Part shown: positions 51,373 through 62,348 of the stretch, one piece after another | Layout: each line of letters opens with the position of its first letter | Position numbering within the stretch: position 1 is the stretch's first letter | Source: an uncultured delta proteobacterium | Lineage (GTDB): Bacteria > Desulfobacterota > Binatia > UTPRO1 | Reading direction: 5' to 3' | NCBI GenBank assembly: GCA_963846105.1 | Contig: CAWJUT010000025.1 | Span: forward strand, 341,579-405,578 | DNA: 64,000 nt | Translations under genes and position numbers: made by a program | The notes under the pieces: generated by a model | The model's input: only the letters and a program-made list of their open reading frames with translations | Told to the model about the DNA's origin: nothing | Databases searched by the model: none

Positions 51373-53378
51373 TATTCGCAGCCGCTGATCTGGTTCGTGC
51401 CAGCGCCGCCGTCACAGCCGTCACGGCCGGGGCCGCCGTCGAGCGTGTCGTCTCCCAGGCCACCCGACAAAGTATCGCCCCCCGACTCGCCGAGCAGCGT
51501 GTCGTTGCCGTCGTCGCCCACGAGGACGTCGTTGCCGCTCTTACCGCCCAGCGTGTCATTGCCGGCTCCGCCGCAGATGATGTCGCTTCCACTGCGCCCG
51601 TTGATGTCGTCGTCGCCGCCGAGGCCGGCGATGATGTCGTCGCCGTTCGTGCCGGTGAGGACGTCGTTGCCGGCGGTGCCGACGAGTGTCGCGACCCGTC
51701 CCTGACAGAGGATCGGGGTTGCCGTGGACGTTGGCGTCGGCGGAGGCCGAACGTTGGAGTGAGAGTCGGTGTCGAGCGTGCGGGGTGCGATGGTGCGCGT
51801 CGGAGTGGGGGTCGGGGTGCTGGATGATGCTGGGTCGAGTGGGGATCGGTGTCAGCGTGGCGGTTGGAGCGATGGTGGGCGTCGGGGTGCGGGTCGTGGG
51901 GGGCACGGTAGGGTGGGGTAGCCGTTCGTGGTCGCCGTCCGCGCGACGGTCGGTGTCGCGGTTCGCGTGGACGTCGGCGCACGGGCGTCGAGGTCGGCGT
52001 CGGCGTGCGGGTCGGTGTTCGCGTCGGCGTGCGCGTCGCCGTCCGTGTGGGCGTCGGGAGTTGGCGTCAGCGACCTCGGCTCGATCCGGTACACCGCGCC
52101 GTTGCCGATCGAGACCACGTACACGTCACCGTCGGGCGAAATCTTGAGATCGGTGACGGCGCCGAAGCCGGATCCGAACCGGACGAGATCACGTTCCGTC
52201 GCGCTGTCCGCGACCAGGTCTTGCAACCCGCCGAACGCCGAGAGGTCGAAAGCCGTCCGCGTCGCGTTCAACGGAAAGCGATAGATCTGACCGGTATTGT
52301 TGTCGCCGACCAGCGCCACCTCGTCATAGGCGGTACCGAGCGAGCTGCCGATGGGGAAGAGGATCGCGGTCGGCGCGACGGTCTGCAGCCACGAGAACTC
52401 GGGGTCGCTGTAGGCCGATCCGGGAATCACGTGCAGGTCGCTCGTTCCTTCGGGGTCACGGCTGACCGGACCCATGATCCGCTCCCAGCCGCTGTTCATG
52501 CCTTCCGGCACGCGGTTGACCTCATCGAAACTGCCCGGACCGTTCTCGGTGTCCCAGAGATCGCCGGTGACCGGATCGAGGGTCAGCCCGAAACAGTTGC
52601 GGACCCCGTAGGCGATGTAGCGCTCGACCGCCGTGTTGCAGGTCTGCTGGGCTGGACAATCGACGTTGTCCGCGCACACCTCCAGCGGGGCCGGGCCGGT
52701 GCAGTAGGGAAGGAGCGGATTCGTCGGATGGGGAACGCCGGCCTGCCCGACCTTGATGATCACCCCGGTGTCGTCAGGCGCTGGACCGGACGAGAAATTC
52801 TCGAGCTGACCGTTGCGATTGAGATCGCCGATCACCGTGTAGAGCGGGCTTCCGTCGGTCGCTGGGCCGATCACGAGGATGCCGCCATCGTGATTGGGTC
52901 CCGGCGTCACCGGAAGATCGATGATCAGCGTACGACTCTCGAGCCGCTGCGTGGCGGGATTCCACGTGTAACGATAGACGCGATTGCCGAGCGGCGTGCC
53001 GCTGTCGGGCAACCCGTCGCCGTCGGGATCGGCGACTTCCGTGTAGTAGAGGAAGACCTTCGGCGGCGAGTCCGCGTTGACGGCGATGCCGAGAAGGCCG
53101 CGCTCGCTATCGATGTTGACGGCCACGTCGAGCACCGGCGTGGGCTGCAGCACGCCACCGACGACCCGGTGAACCTGTCCGGTGTTCTTCTCGAGGACGA
53201 GAAAATCGTCGGGCGCGAGGAATGCCATCGTCGTCGGCAGCTCGAGTCCGGTGGCGACCGGCACCACGGTGAGGTTCGCGTCGACCACCGTCTGCGCGAT
53301 CCCGATCCCGGCTGTGCCGACGAGCGCGAGCGATGCCACGAGGAAGCTCGCGCATCGCGAGCTGAACGAGAACGGCAT
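51373..53378 (-). CDS. Secreted PQQ-dependent (soluble glucose/sorbosone dehydrogenase-like) beta-propeller protein with a PT/DA-rich linker and C-terminal RTX-type Ca-binding repeats (frameshifted)
   Basis: Signal peptide. [10 protein letters not shown] motif. Minus-strand translation of 51380..51720 gives [83 protein letters not shown]. Confidence 0.65.
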
Positions 53379-53456
53379 GACAAAGAAACCTAGCGCAGAT
53401 CCACGTGCTAGGCGAACGGGATCGCCGACACGTCATGCATCACAGCGGGTGGGTGG

Positions 53457-54104
53457 CTACAGGATCTTCTCGGCGAGCCACGTCGAGAGATCCATGAGGC
53501 TCGCCCCATTGATCTCGTGACTCATCGGGTACTCGCGGTAGGTGAGGGGCACCGCGAAGCGTCGCAGCGTCTCGACGGATTGGCGCGCGCGCGCGACGGT
53601 GATGATCTCGTCGCGGTCGCCGTGTTGGACGAGCGTGGTGAGCAGGCGATGTCCGTCGCCGGGCGTGAGCTTGTCGCTCAGCGCCGGCGGGAGCCAGGAG
53701 CTCAGCGCCGCGAGACCCGCAAAACGCGTCGGATCGCTGAGCGCCAGCCGGTAGGCCATCACGCCGCCCTGGCTGAAGCCGAGGAGCACGAGCTTGCGAG
53801 GGTCGATCGCGTAGCGTGCGCGCGCCTGTGCGAGAAAGGTGTCGAGCGCGTCCGCCGCCCGATCGATCGACCCCGCCTCCACCACCTGACCGACGCCGCC
53901 GAGCGGAAACCAGCCGAAGCCGAGAGCGCCGTCGAGCGGAACGTTGACGGTGCCCTGCGGGCAGATCATCTGGAAGCGACCGCCCGCGAGATACGGGGCG
54001 AGACCGAGCAAGTCGAGCGCGTTGGCGCCCCAGCCGTGCAACGCGAGGATCGTCGGATGCGGACCGCTTCCAGCGGGCTGATAGTGCACATGCACGAGAT
54101 CCAC
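53457..54104 (-). CDS. Phospholipase/carboxylesterase family alpha/beta hydrolase
   Basis: ILALHGWGAN ... LLGFSQGG (nucleophile elbow) ... HGDRDEII. Confidence 0.85.
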   Translation of the reverse strand: MDLVHVHYQPAGSGPHPTILALHGWGANALDLLGLAPYLAGGRFQMICPQGTVNVPLDGALGFGWFPLGGVGQVVEAGSIDRAADALDTFLAQARARYAIDPRKLVLLGFSQGGVMAYRLALSDPTRFAGLAALSSWLPPALSDKLTPGDGHRLLTTLVQHGDRDEIITVARARQSVETLRRFAVPLTYREYPMSHEINGASLMDLSTWLAEKIL

Positions 54105-54181
54105 GTTCGCTTCTCCGTTCGTTTTGGCGGCGCTGCCTGCCTCTGCTACCTTCTTGTGATGGACGTGCGCAAGGTGCGGCG

Positions 54182-54877
54182 GTGAAGCTCCTCCTCTTCG
54201 ATCTCGACGGGACGATCCTGCACACGCGTCACACGCCCGGGCTCGTCCCGTTTCACAACCAGATGCTGGAGACCTTCGGTGTCGAGGTGACGCCGAACGG
54301 ATTCCGCCCCGATGGCAAGACCGATCCGGTGATCATCGCCGAGCTCCTCGAACAGGCCGGCGAGGCGTTGCGCCCGGACGCCGCGGCGCTCGAGACGTTC
54401 AGTGAGCGTTACGCGGCCCGGCTGGCGAGCGCGCTGGCGCAGGGCACGACGCGAGTGGCGCCCGTGCCCGGGGTGCGTGCGGTGCTGGAGACGGTCGCCG
54501 GCGACAGCCGCTTCGGGCTCGGCGTGCTCACCGGCAACCTCGAGCCGGCGGCGCACCTGAAGCTCCGGGCCGCCGGACTCGACGGGTTCTTCATCGCCGG
54601 CGCCTTCGGCAGCGACTCTGGGGTGCGCGCGCAGCTTCCGGAGTTCGCGCGTGCCCGCTTCGCCGCCGCGACCGGTCGCGACCTCCGGCTCGACGACTGC
54701 GTGATCATCGGCGACACCGAGCTCGATCATGCCGCGGCGGCCCGCAACGGCATGGCGTGCGTGCTGGTCGCGAGCGGGCGGACGCCGTTCGGCGCGCTCG
54801 CGGCGCTCGGTGCGGCGGCGGTCTTTCCCGATTGGAGCGACGCGGCCGCGATCTGCGCCGCGCTCGGCCGTCTGTGA
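54182..54877 (+). CDS. HAD-superfamily hydrolase (phosphoglycolate-phosphatase-like)
   Basis: LLLFDLDGTIL (motif I), GVLTGN (motif II), IIGDTELD (motif IV). Confidence 0.85.
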   Translation: MKLLLFDLDGTILHTRHTPGLVPFHNQMLETFGVEVTPNGFRPDGKTDPVIIAELLEQAGEALRPDAAALETFSERYAARLASALAQGTTRVAPVPGVRAVLETVAGDSRFGLGVLTGNLEPAAHLKLRAAGLDGFFIAGAFGSDSGVRAQLPEFARARFAAATGRDLRLDDCVIIGDTELDHAAAARNGMACVLVASGRTPFGALAALGAAAVFPDWSDAAAICAALGRL

Positions 54878-54912
54878 GCGCGATGCGCGCCCGTCGAGAT
54901 CGCTCCGGTGCC

Positions 54913-55434
54913 ATGGGGAAGGGTGGCCCGAAAGCCGGTGCCGGCCTCGCCGGCGCCTACCGCGTCGTCGTCGAGAAGGACTTCCTCAAGTTCTCGGCGG
55001 CGCATTTCATCGCCTATCGCGGCTTTCGCGAGCCGCTCCACGGACACAACTACCAGGTCTCGGTTGCGATCAGCGGCACGGTCGGCCCTGATGGCTACGT
55101 GCTCGATTTCGGCATCGTCAAGCAGATCGCCAAGGAAGCGTGCAGCGATCTCGACGAGCGCGTGCTGGTGCCGGCCGAGAGCGATTGCCTCACGGTCACC
55201 CGCGACGGGCCGAGCGTCATGCTCGAGTACGAGGACGGCGCGCGCTTCGTGTTCCCCTCGACCGACGTCGTCTTGCTTCCGATCGTGCACGCGTCGGCCG
55301 AGGAGCTCGCGGCGTATCTGCTCGGGCGCTTGCGCCGGGGACTCAAGGCCCACGCGGTGCGGGGACTGACGGAGATCGAGGTCGGGGTGGGCGAAGCGCC
55401 GGGACAAGCCGCCTACTGTCGCGCGCGCTTCTGA
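54913..55434 (+). CDS. 6-pyruvoyl-tetrahydropterin synthase / QueD-like (6-carboxytetrahydropterin synthase)
   Basis: FSAAHF...HGHNYQVSVAISG and CSDLDERVLVP motifs. Confidence 0.8.
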   Translation: MGKGGPKAGAGLAGAYRVVVEKDFLKFSAAHFIAYRGFREPLHGHNYQVSVAISGTVGPDGYVLDFGIVKQIAKEACSDLDERVLVPAESDCLTVTRDGPSVMLEYEDGARFVFPSTDVVLLPIVHASAEELAAYLLGRLRRGLKAHAVRGLTEIEVGVGEAPGQAAYCRARF

Positions 55435-55442
55435 GTCGCGAG

Positions 55443-56588
55443 AGCATGCAGACGCGGGACGCGGCGCCGTCTTCCGAGGTGTCCGCCAGGAGCCACGCCT
55501 CCGGCAAACGCCCGGAGCCGCTGCCGCAGGTCGAGGTCGCGCGCGTGCTCGCGATGAGCGCGATCTTTCTGTTTCACCTGTGGTCGGTGGTGCCCGACGG
55601 TGTCGGCGAGTGGGCACGGGTGGCGTTGAGCCGCGGTCATCTGGGCGTGGTGGTGTTCAACATGATGACCGGGCTCGTCCTCGCGTGGCCGCATCTCGGT
55701 CCGACACGTCGTCCTCTTCCAGCCTGGGGTGAATTCCAACGCCGGCGTTTTCTGCGCATCGTGCCGGCGTACTACCTCACGCTCGGAGTCTGGGTCGCGA
55801 TCGCCGCGATGGCGGCGTGGGCTCTGGCCGGCGACCGGCGCCCTCCGAGCGCGGCGAGCGTGGTTGCGCACGTCCTCTTTCTGCACACGCTCTCACCGGC
55901 GGACTTCTTCTCCATCGTACCCGCCTACTGGTGGCTCGGACTGCTGGCGCAGCTCTACTTCGCGTTTCCTCTGCTGCTCCGCGTCGGACGGGCGAGCGGT
56001 CGGTGGCTCGCCATCGTCGCCGCCGCATGCTGGGGAGGCTGGCTGCTCGTCGACGCGATCGCGCGCGCGCGGCCACACTCGACGATCGCCCTCGTGAACT
56101 ACCTCGGCTACTACAACCTGCCATACCGGCTGCCGGAGTTCGCGTTCGGCGTCGGGCTCGCGCGCCTGCTGAGCAGCGAGCAGGGAAGCGCGGCGCCCCG
56201 TCTTGCGCCGGCGACCGCGAGCATCCTGCTCCCGGTCTGCGCGCTGCTGGCGTTGCTGCCGCGGCCGGACTCGGCACCGCTGGCGCACTTCGCGCAGGTC
56301 GCCGGATGCGCGGCGGTGCTGGTGGCGCTGCTCTCTCTTCCGCTCGCCGCACGCCTGGGGAGCACGCCGGTCGTGCGCTATCTGGCCGCGGTGTCGTTCG
56401 GCTTCTACCTGATGCACCAACCGATCCTCGGCTACGGGTCCGATCTTCTCACGGGCATGCTCGCGCCGCGCCCGCGTTTCTGGGTGCTGCTCGCCAGCGC
56501 CGGTGCCCTGACGCTCGCGCTCACGGCCGTGCTCGACCGGCTCGCCGCCACCGTCGCGACACGCCTCGACGGCACGACGCGGAGCTGA
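55443..56588 (+). CDS. Acyltransferase family 3 (OatA-like) integral membrane protein
   Basis: ~10 TM segments. FLFHLWS, FLRIVPAYY motif region. Confidence 0.75.
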   Translation, partial: SMQTRDAAPSSEVSARSHASGKRPEPLPQVEVARVLAMSAIFLFHLWSVVPDGVGEWARVALSRGHLGVVVFNMMTGLVLAWPHLGPTRRPLPAWGEFQRRRFLRIVPAYYLTLGVWVAIAAMAAWALAGDRRPPSAASVVAHVLFLHTLSPADFFSIVPAYWWLGLLAQLYFAFPLLLRVGRASGRWLAIVAAACWGGWLLVDAIARARPHSTIALVNYLGYYNLPYRLPEFAFGVGLARLLSSEQGSAAPRLAPATASILLPVCALLALLPRPDSAPLAHFAQVAGCAAVLVALLSLPLAARLGSTPVVRYLAAVSFGFYLMHQPILGYGSDLLTGMLAPRPRFWVLLASAGALTLALTAVLDRLAATVATRLDGTTRS

Positions 56589-56594
56589 GAAAAG

Positions 56595-57881
56595 GTGCCC
56601 GTGGATCTGACCGCCTTGCAGGCGTTCGTTGCCGAGCTCGCGGAGGAGAGCGGCGAGCTGATCCGGCGCTACTACCGGAGTCCCGGGCTCCGCGTCGACG
56701 TCAAGGACGACCAGACGCCGGTCACCGATGCCGACCGCGGCGCCGAAGAGCTCATGCGCCGCAAGATCCACGCGCGCTTTCCGGATCACGGCATCGTCGC
56801 CGAGGAATTCGGGAACGAGCGCGCCGACGCCGAGTACGTCTGGGTGCTCGATCCGATCGACGGCACGAAGTCGTTCGTCACCGGCGTCCCGCTCTTCGGC
56901 ACGCTGATCGGTCTTCTCCACCGCGGCGACGCCGTGCTCGGCGCGATCCATCAGCCGATCCTCCGCGAGCTCTGCGTCGGCGACGGCCGGACGACGACCC
57001 TGAACGGCGCGCGCGTCCGTGTGCGACCGACGACGCGTCTCGCCGATGCCGTGCTGCTCGTCTCGGACACCACGACGGCGGCGCGCTACCAGGACGCCGC
57101 GGGCTGGGAGCGCTTGGTCGCGCAGGCGCGATTGTTGCGTACCTGGGGCGATTGCTACGGGTACCTCCTGGTCGCGACCGGGCAGGCCGACGTCATGGTC
57201 GATCCGATCGCGAACCCCTGGGACGTGATTCCGGTGGTGCCGGTGGTGAGGGGCGCGGGCGGCGTCATCACCGACTGGCGCGGCGGCGACGCGGTACGCG
57301 GCAGCTCGGCGATCGCCGCCAACCCGGTCATGCATCCCCAGGTGCTCGAGACGCTCGCGCCGCCGAACCCGCACACGGGCACGACACCCTCGGAGTGGGT
57401 CGTCCGCTTCGCGGACCTGGTGCCGCGCGGCGGGACGGTCCTCGACGTCGCGGCAGGGGCCGGGCGGCACGCGCGCTTCTTTCTCGGACGCGGCCACCGG
57501 GTGGTCGCGATCGACCGTGACGTGCGTGCGCTCGGCGCCGTCGCCGGGCTCGAGACCGTGCGTGCGGATCTCGAGGACGGAAGCCCGTGGCCGCTCGCGG
57601 AGCGCCGCTTCGATGGGATCGTAGTGACGAGCTATCTCAACCGGCCGCTGCTGCCGTTGCTCGTCGAGCGCCTAGCGTCCGGCGGCGTCCTCATCTACGA
57701 GACGTTCGCGCGTGGCCACGAGCGTTTCGGAAAGCCGAGCAATCCAGCCTTCCTGCTCGAGCCCGGCGAGCTGCTGCGCGCGGTCGCGGGCCGGCTCCGT
57801 GTGGTGGCGTTCGAGGACGTCACGCTCGCCGACCGGGTGGTGCAGCGCATCGTCGCCGTGAACGATCCCGTTCCAGGGTAG
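56595..57881 (+). CDS. Fusion: inositol-monophosphatase/HisN-like phosphatase plus a C-terminal class I SAM-dependent methyltransferase-like domain
   Basis: VLDPIDGTKSFVTGVPLFGTLIGL, WDVIPVVPVVRGAGGVITDW (IMPase). VLDVAAGAGRHARFFLGRGHRVVAIDRD (MTase motif I). Confidence 0.75.
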   Translation: MPVDLTALQAFVAELAEESGELIRRYYRSPGLRVDVKDDQTPVTDADRGAEELMRRKIHARFPDHGIVAEEFGNERADAEYVWVLDPIDGTKSFVTGVPLFGTLIGLLHRGDAVLGAIHQPILRELCVGDGRTTTLNGARVRVRPTTRLADAVLLVSDTTTAARYQDAAGWERLVAQARLLRTWGDCYGYLLVATGQADVMVDPIANPWDVIPVVPVVRGAGGVITDWRGGDAVRGSSAIAANPVMHPQVLETLAPPNPHTGTTPSEWVVRFADLVPRGGTVLDVAAGAGRHARFFLGRGHRVVAIDRDVRALGAVAGLETVRADLEDGSPWPLAERRFDGIVVTSYLNRPLLPLLVERLASGGVLIYETFARGHERFGKPSNPAFLLEPGELLRAVAGRLRVVAFEDVTLADRVVQRIVAVNDPVPG

Positions 57882-57885
57882 GACC

Positions 57886-59427
57886 TCAGACCCGGCGCTC
57901 GCGACCTTCCCAGTAGGGGGCGCGGATCTCGCGCTTCAGGAGCTTTCCCGAAGGATTGCGCGGCACCTCGGCGACGAAGTCGACGGTGCGCGGCCGCTTG
58001 TAGTCGGCGACACGCGAACGACAGAAGTCGATGATGTCGTCGGCGCTGGCGCGCACGCCGGGCTTGAGCTGCACGACCGCCTTCAGCTCTTCCCCCCACT
58101 CCTCGTTCGGGACGCCGATGACGGCGACATCGAGCACGGCCGGGTGCTCGTGGATGACCTCCTCGATCTCGGCGGGGTAGATGTTGACGCCGCCCGAGAT
58201 CACCATGTCGGTCTTGCGATCGACGATGTAGAGGAAGCCTTCCTCGTCGAGATAGCCCATGTCGCCGACCGTCATGTAGTCGCCGCGGAAGGCCGCTTTC
58301 GTCTTCTCCGGATCCTTGTAGTACTGCATCGTCTTCACCAGCGAGTTGGTGATGTAGATGTTGCCGACCTCGCCGGGCGCGAGCTTCTTGCCCTCGTCGT
58401 CGAGAATGACGATCTCGTTGCCGTCGAGCACCTTACCGCAGCTCGCCGGACGCTTGGTCTGCTCCGACGGCGGCAGGATGGTGTTGAGGCCGGCGTCCGT
58501 CGATCCGTAGTACTCGTAGATGCAGTTGCCGAAGTACTCGACCGCCGCCCGCTTGGTCTCGAGCGGAAAGGGCGCGGCGCCGACGATGAGCGAGTGCAGC
58601 GACGAGACGTCGTAGCGACGCTTGACCTCGTCGGGCAGCGCCAGGACGCGCTTCACGATCGTCGGCACCACGAAGCTCGAGGTGACCTTCTCGCGGTCGA
58701 TCAACGCCAGGAACTCCTCGGGGTCGAACTTCTCCATGATCACGAGCGTGCCGCCGAGCACGATGGTGAGCACCGAGCCGAGCGTCGGGGCGCTGTGATA
58801 GAGGGGCGCCGGCACGATGTGCACCTCGCTCCCCATCTGCAGACCGAAGCCTCCGACGATGGCGAACAGCAGCGACGGATCGACCCCGCCCGGGCGGAAG
58901 ACGCCCTTCGGACGGCCGGTCGTGCCCGAGGTGTAGATCATGGAGTTCATCCCCGGCGGCGGTTGGTCGGCGGGCTCGCCGGTCGGCTGTTTCGCGATCA
59001 GGGCCTCGTAGTCGGTGAAGCGGGAGTCGCCGGCGTGCCCGCCCACGGCGATGTAGCCGCCGTGCGTGACGCCGGTCAGCTGGTCGATCACCGAAGCGAT
59101 CTCGGGTACGAACTCGTCGCCGCTGATCACGGCGCGCGCGTCGGAGTTGTTGACGATGTACTCGATCTCGCGGCCGCGCAGCCGGTAGTTGAGCGGCACC
59201 ATCACCGCGCCGATCTTGATCGCGGCGCTCGAGACCTCGAGGAACTGATGGCAGTTGTGCAGCATGACCGCGAGCTTGTCGCCGCGCCCGATGCCGAGCC
59301 CACGCAGCGCGTTCGCGAGCTGGTTGATGCGGCCGTTCCAGTCGGTCCAGGTGTAGCGCACGTCGCCGAAGACGACGGCGGTGCGGTCGGGGAACATCTT
59401 GGCGTTGGCGGGGGCTCCGATCTCCAT
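57886..59427 (-). CDS. AMP-dependent acyl-CoA synthetase/ligase
   Basis: IYTSGTTGRPKGV, YGSTD..., GYLDEEGFLYIVDRKTDMVISGGVNIYPAEIE. ATG at 59427 with a GGAG RBS. Confidence 0.9.
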   Translation of the reverse strand: MEIGAPANAKMFPDRTAVVFGDVRYTWTDWNGRINQLANALRGLGIGRGDKLAVMLHNCHQFLEVSSAAIKIGAVMVPLNYRLRGREIEYIVNNSDARAVISGDEFVPEIASVIDQLTGVTHGGYIAVGGHAGDSRFTDYEALIAKQPTGEPADQPPPGMNSMIYTSGTTGRPKGVFRPGGVDPSLLFAIVGGFGLQMGSEVHIVPAPLYHSAPTLGSVLTIVLGGTLVIMEKFDPEEFLALIDREKVTSSFVVPTIVKRVLALPDEVKRRYDVSSLHSLIVGAAPFPLETKRAAVEYFGNCIYEYYGSTDAGLNTILPPSEQTKRPASCGKVLDGNEIVILDDEGKKLAPGEVGNIYITNSLVKTMQYYKDPEKTKAAFRGDYMTVGDMGYLDEEGFLYIVDRKTDMVISGGVNIYPAEIEEVIHEHPAVLDVAVIGVPNEEWGEELKAVVQLKPGVRASADDIIDFCRSRVADYKRPRTVDFVAEVPRNPSGKLLKREIRAPYWEGRERRV

Positions 59428-59545
59428 GACTCCGGCTCCTTCGCGTGGCGCTCCCGGGTGGTCCGCGTCGTGGGAGCGTGCGGGTCCCCCTATAGGAGCC
59501 GCCGGATGGGGAGTCGATTTGGTCGGTGCCGCGCGCTCGCATCTC

Positions 59546-61857
59546 CTACCGGCAGCGGCCCCCTTTGCACCGGTTCGAGCAGCACGCCGAGTTGGCGCTG
59601 CAGGTCGCGCCTGTCGGGGCGCATGTCGGCGTGCAGGCTGGGGTCGAGGAGCAGTTGGTGTCGTTGCAATCGACCGCCAGGTCGCAGTCGTTGTCGACGC
59701 CGTCGGTGCAGATCTCGTTCGGGACGGGGCAATCCACGGCGCACGTGCACGGGGTCTCGTCACCGTTGCAGGTGTGGTCGCCACACGTCGGCGGCGGACC
59801 GCAGTCGAGGCTGCAGGTGGTCCCGTTCTCGAGGCCGGTGCACGAGCCGTCGCCGCAGCAGTAGCCGGCGGCGGGGGTGTTGGTGCAGCGGAACGGCGTG
59901 GTGGTGCAGCGGTTGTCGGCGCAGGAGACCGGGTTCACCCCGCCGCCGTCGCCGCAGCAATAGCGCCCGGACGGCTTCCCGCCCTGCTGCCCGCGGCAGT
60001 CCTGCGAGCAGCTCACGCAATCCTCGCCGTTTCCGGCTTCGCACACGCCGTTGCCGCAGCTCGCGCCGCTGCCGGAGACGCAATCATCGGGGCAGCCCGT
60101 GCAGACCTCGCCGCTCTCGCAGCCGCCGTCGTGATCGCAGATCGGGCACCCGCTGCAGCTCGCGTAGCTGACGGTGCAGCTCGCGGTGCAGGTCGGCGTG
60201 CCGCCGGTGCACTGCTGCGACGCGCAGGTCGCGCCGCCGAGATCGGCGCCGTCGCACTGCTCGCCGGTCTCGCGCATGCCGTTGCCGCAGTCGCGACAGT
60301 TCGTGGTGTTGAACTGGCAAGCGGCGGTACACGCGAGCGTGCCGCTGTCGAAGCCGAGACTCGTACAGGTGGCGCCGCCCAGGTCGGCGCCGTCGCAGAC
60401 CTCGCCGCCGTCGCGGACGCCGTTGCCGCACCCGCTCTCGCACGCATCCCCGATGCCGTCGCCGTCGGTGTCGAGCTGATTGGAGTTCGCGACCGACGGA
60501 CAGTTGTCGACCGTGTCCTGGACGCCGTCGCCGTCGGAGTCGGCGCAGACGCCGAGCGAGACGACGTCCGGCAGGGAGCCGGAGTCCGGGGTATGGTAGC
60601 GGTTGCACTCGGTCTGCGTCATGGCGCGGTTGGCGCCGTTGTCGACCCCGTACATGATGTATTCGCCGCTGATGGTGTTGTGGTTCAGGCCGACGTTGTG
60701 GCCGTACTCGTGGACCCAGAGCACCGCCTCCGATCCGAGCTCGGTGCGGCGCACCACCGCGGCGCCATAGCCGCCGATCCATGCGCAGCCGATGATGTTG
60801 GTGCCGGGCCCGGCGCAGTAGTTGATGGCGCGGACCACTTTGAAACGTGCGGTGGTGTTGTTGAGCACGCTGATGAGCTCGCGTTGGTGTCGATGGCATC
60901 GAGCCCGTCGCTCGCCGATCCGAACGTCTTGGCATTGTCCTTGCGAACGTACTCGACGCAGCACGCGACCTCTTCGGTCGCGATCGGGTCGCTGCGCCCG
61001 ACACGGGTCGAGCCTTCGCCGAGCACGGTGTCGAGTCGCGCGTCGGTCATCGGGCTCGTCACCGCCGGGTGGTTGGCGTAGTCGAGTCGATTCGCGTGCG
61101 CGGTGCTCTGCGTGTCGCTGGCGGCGGCGACGACAGCCTCGGCGGAGGCGTCCACGCCCGTGGTCGCGGCGGCTCCGCCGGCGTCGGCGTCCACGTCCGG
61201 AGCCGCCGGCGGGGCCTCGGTGCCGCGCCAGCGCTTGAGCGCGTGCTGAGCGGCACGACGAAGGTTGCGTCCGCCGCGCGCCGGGACGACACGCCCGCCC
61301 GCGATTGCGCTGAGCCGCGTGCCCGCCGACGGCGCTCGAGACTCCGCCAGGCCGAGGAGCGCCATCTCGAGCAGATCATCCCGCAGCGACGCCGGCCGGT
61401 CTGAGCGCGACGCGGCGCCCGCCAATACTCCGCCCTTGCCGCCATGGGTGGTCATCGCGATCAGCGCCTGCAGGGCACGCCCATGACCGCGCTTCGCGAT
61501 GTGTCCGAGCGCCTGCGGCGCGAGCAGCAACGCGCGATCCTCCTCCGGAACACTCACATCCGCTGGCGGCCGACTGAGTTGATCGAGCAGACCTTCGGTG
61601 GCTTCGTCGCCTCCGAGAAAGGTGAGAAACGCGACCACGTTGTCGCGCCGAGGAAAGTCCGGATCGGCGAGGAGGCGCAGCAGCTCCGGTACGCCTTCCT
61701 CGCCCACCGCCTCCGCCGCGATCTCGGCGGTCATGCCGTGAATGTAGGTTTCCAGCGCTGCGGCGCGTACGCGCTCCTCGAGGGTCTCGGCGCGCGCCAC
61801 CGAGGCCGCCGTCGCCAGCCCGACGACGAGAGTCGCGAGTGTCAGGAGCGCATGCAT
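59546..61857 (-). CDS. Secreted metzincin zinc metalloprotease (HEYGHNVGLNH...IMYG) with thrombospondin-type-3 Ca-binding repeats, many Cys-rich CGNG repeats, and an N-terminal helical-repeat region (frameshift ~60900)
   Basis: Signal peptide MHALLTLATLVVGLATAASVARA at 61857. The HExxHxxGxxH zinc site plus Met-turn. DSDGDGVQDTVDNCPSVANSNQLDTDGDGIGDACE. Repeated CGNGVRDGGEVCDGADLGGATC. Confidence 0.65.
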
Positions 61858-62018
61858 GCGGCGGCGGGCGCAGGTCGGGATGTCGATCGAGATGGATTTC
61901 AACGGTTCCTCCTCGGGAAGATGCGAAGCTGCAGGGAGATGCTACCTCTACGCGCGCAATCCGGGCAATCGAAAAAGCGCTTGTCACCACCGCGCGTTCA
62001 CGGTAGCCGAAGCCCTTC

Positions 62019-62348
62019 ATGGCGTCGGCCCATGCGTTTGCGCAGTCGGCCCGGCTCGTCGTTGCGCTCGCGCTCGTGGCCGGTTGCCGATCCCAGCTCC
62101 CCGATCCGCAGTCGGCGGGCGCGCAGATCTATCAGGTGCGCTGCTCGGGCTGTCATCGGCTCTTCGAGCCGGGATTGATGACGCGCGCGATGTGGGAGAT
62201 GCAGGTCGATCGCATGGAGCCCTTGATGGTCCGTCGTGGCGTGAATCCGCTCACCGAGCAGGAGCGCTACCTGATCTTGAGCTACCTCTCGGCGCACAGC
62301 AGCGACGCCTCCGCGTCCTCCGCTACCGTGACGCCCAGGCAGCGATGA
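62019..62348 (+). CDS. Small c-type cytochrome (monoheme) lipoprotein
   Basis: Signal peptide plus lipobox LVAGC. CSGCH heme motif. Confidence 0.7.
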   Translation: MASAHAFAQSARLVVALALVAGCRSQLPDPQSAGAQIYQVRCSGCHRLFEPGLMTRAMWEMQVDRMEPLMVRRGVNPLTEQERYLILSYLSAHSSDASASSATVTPRQR

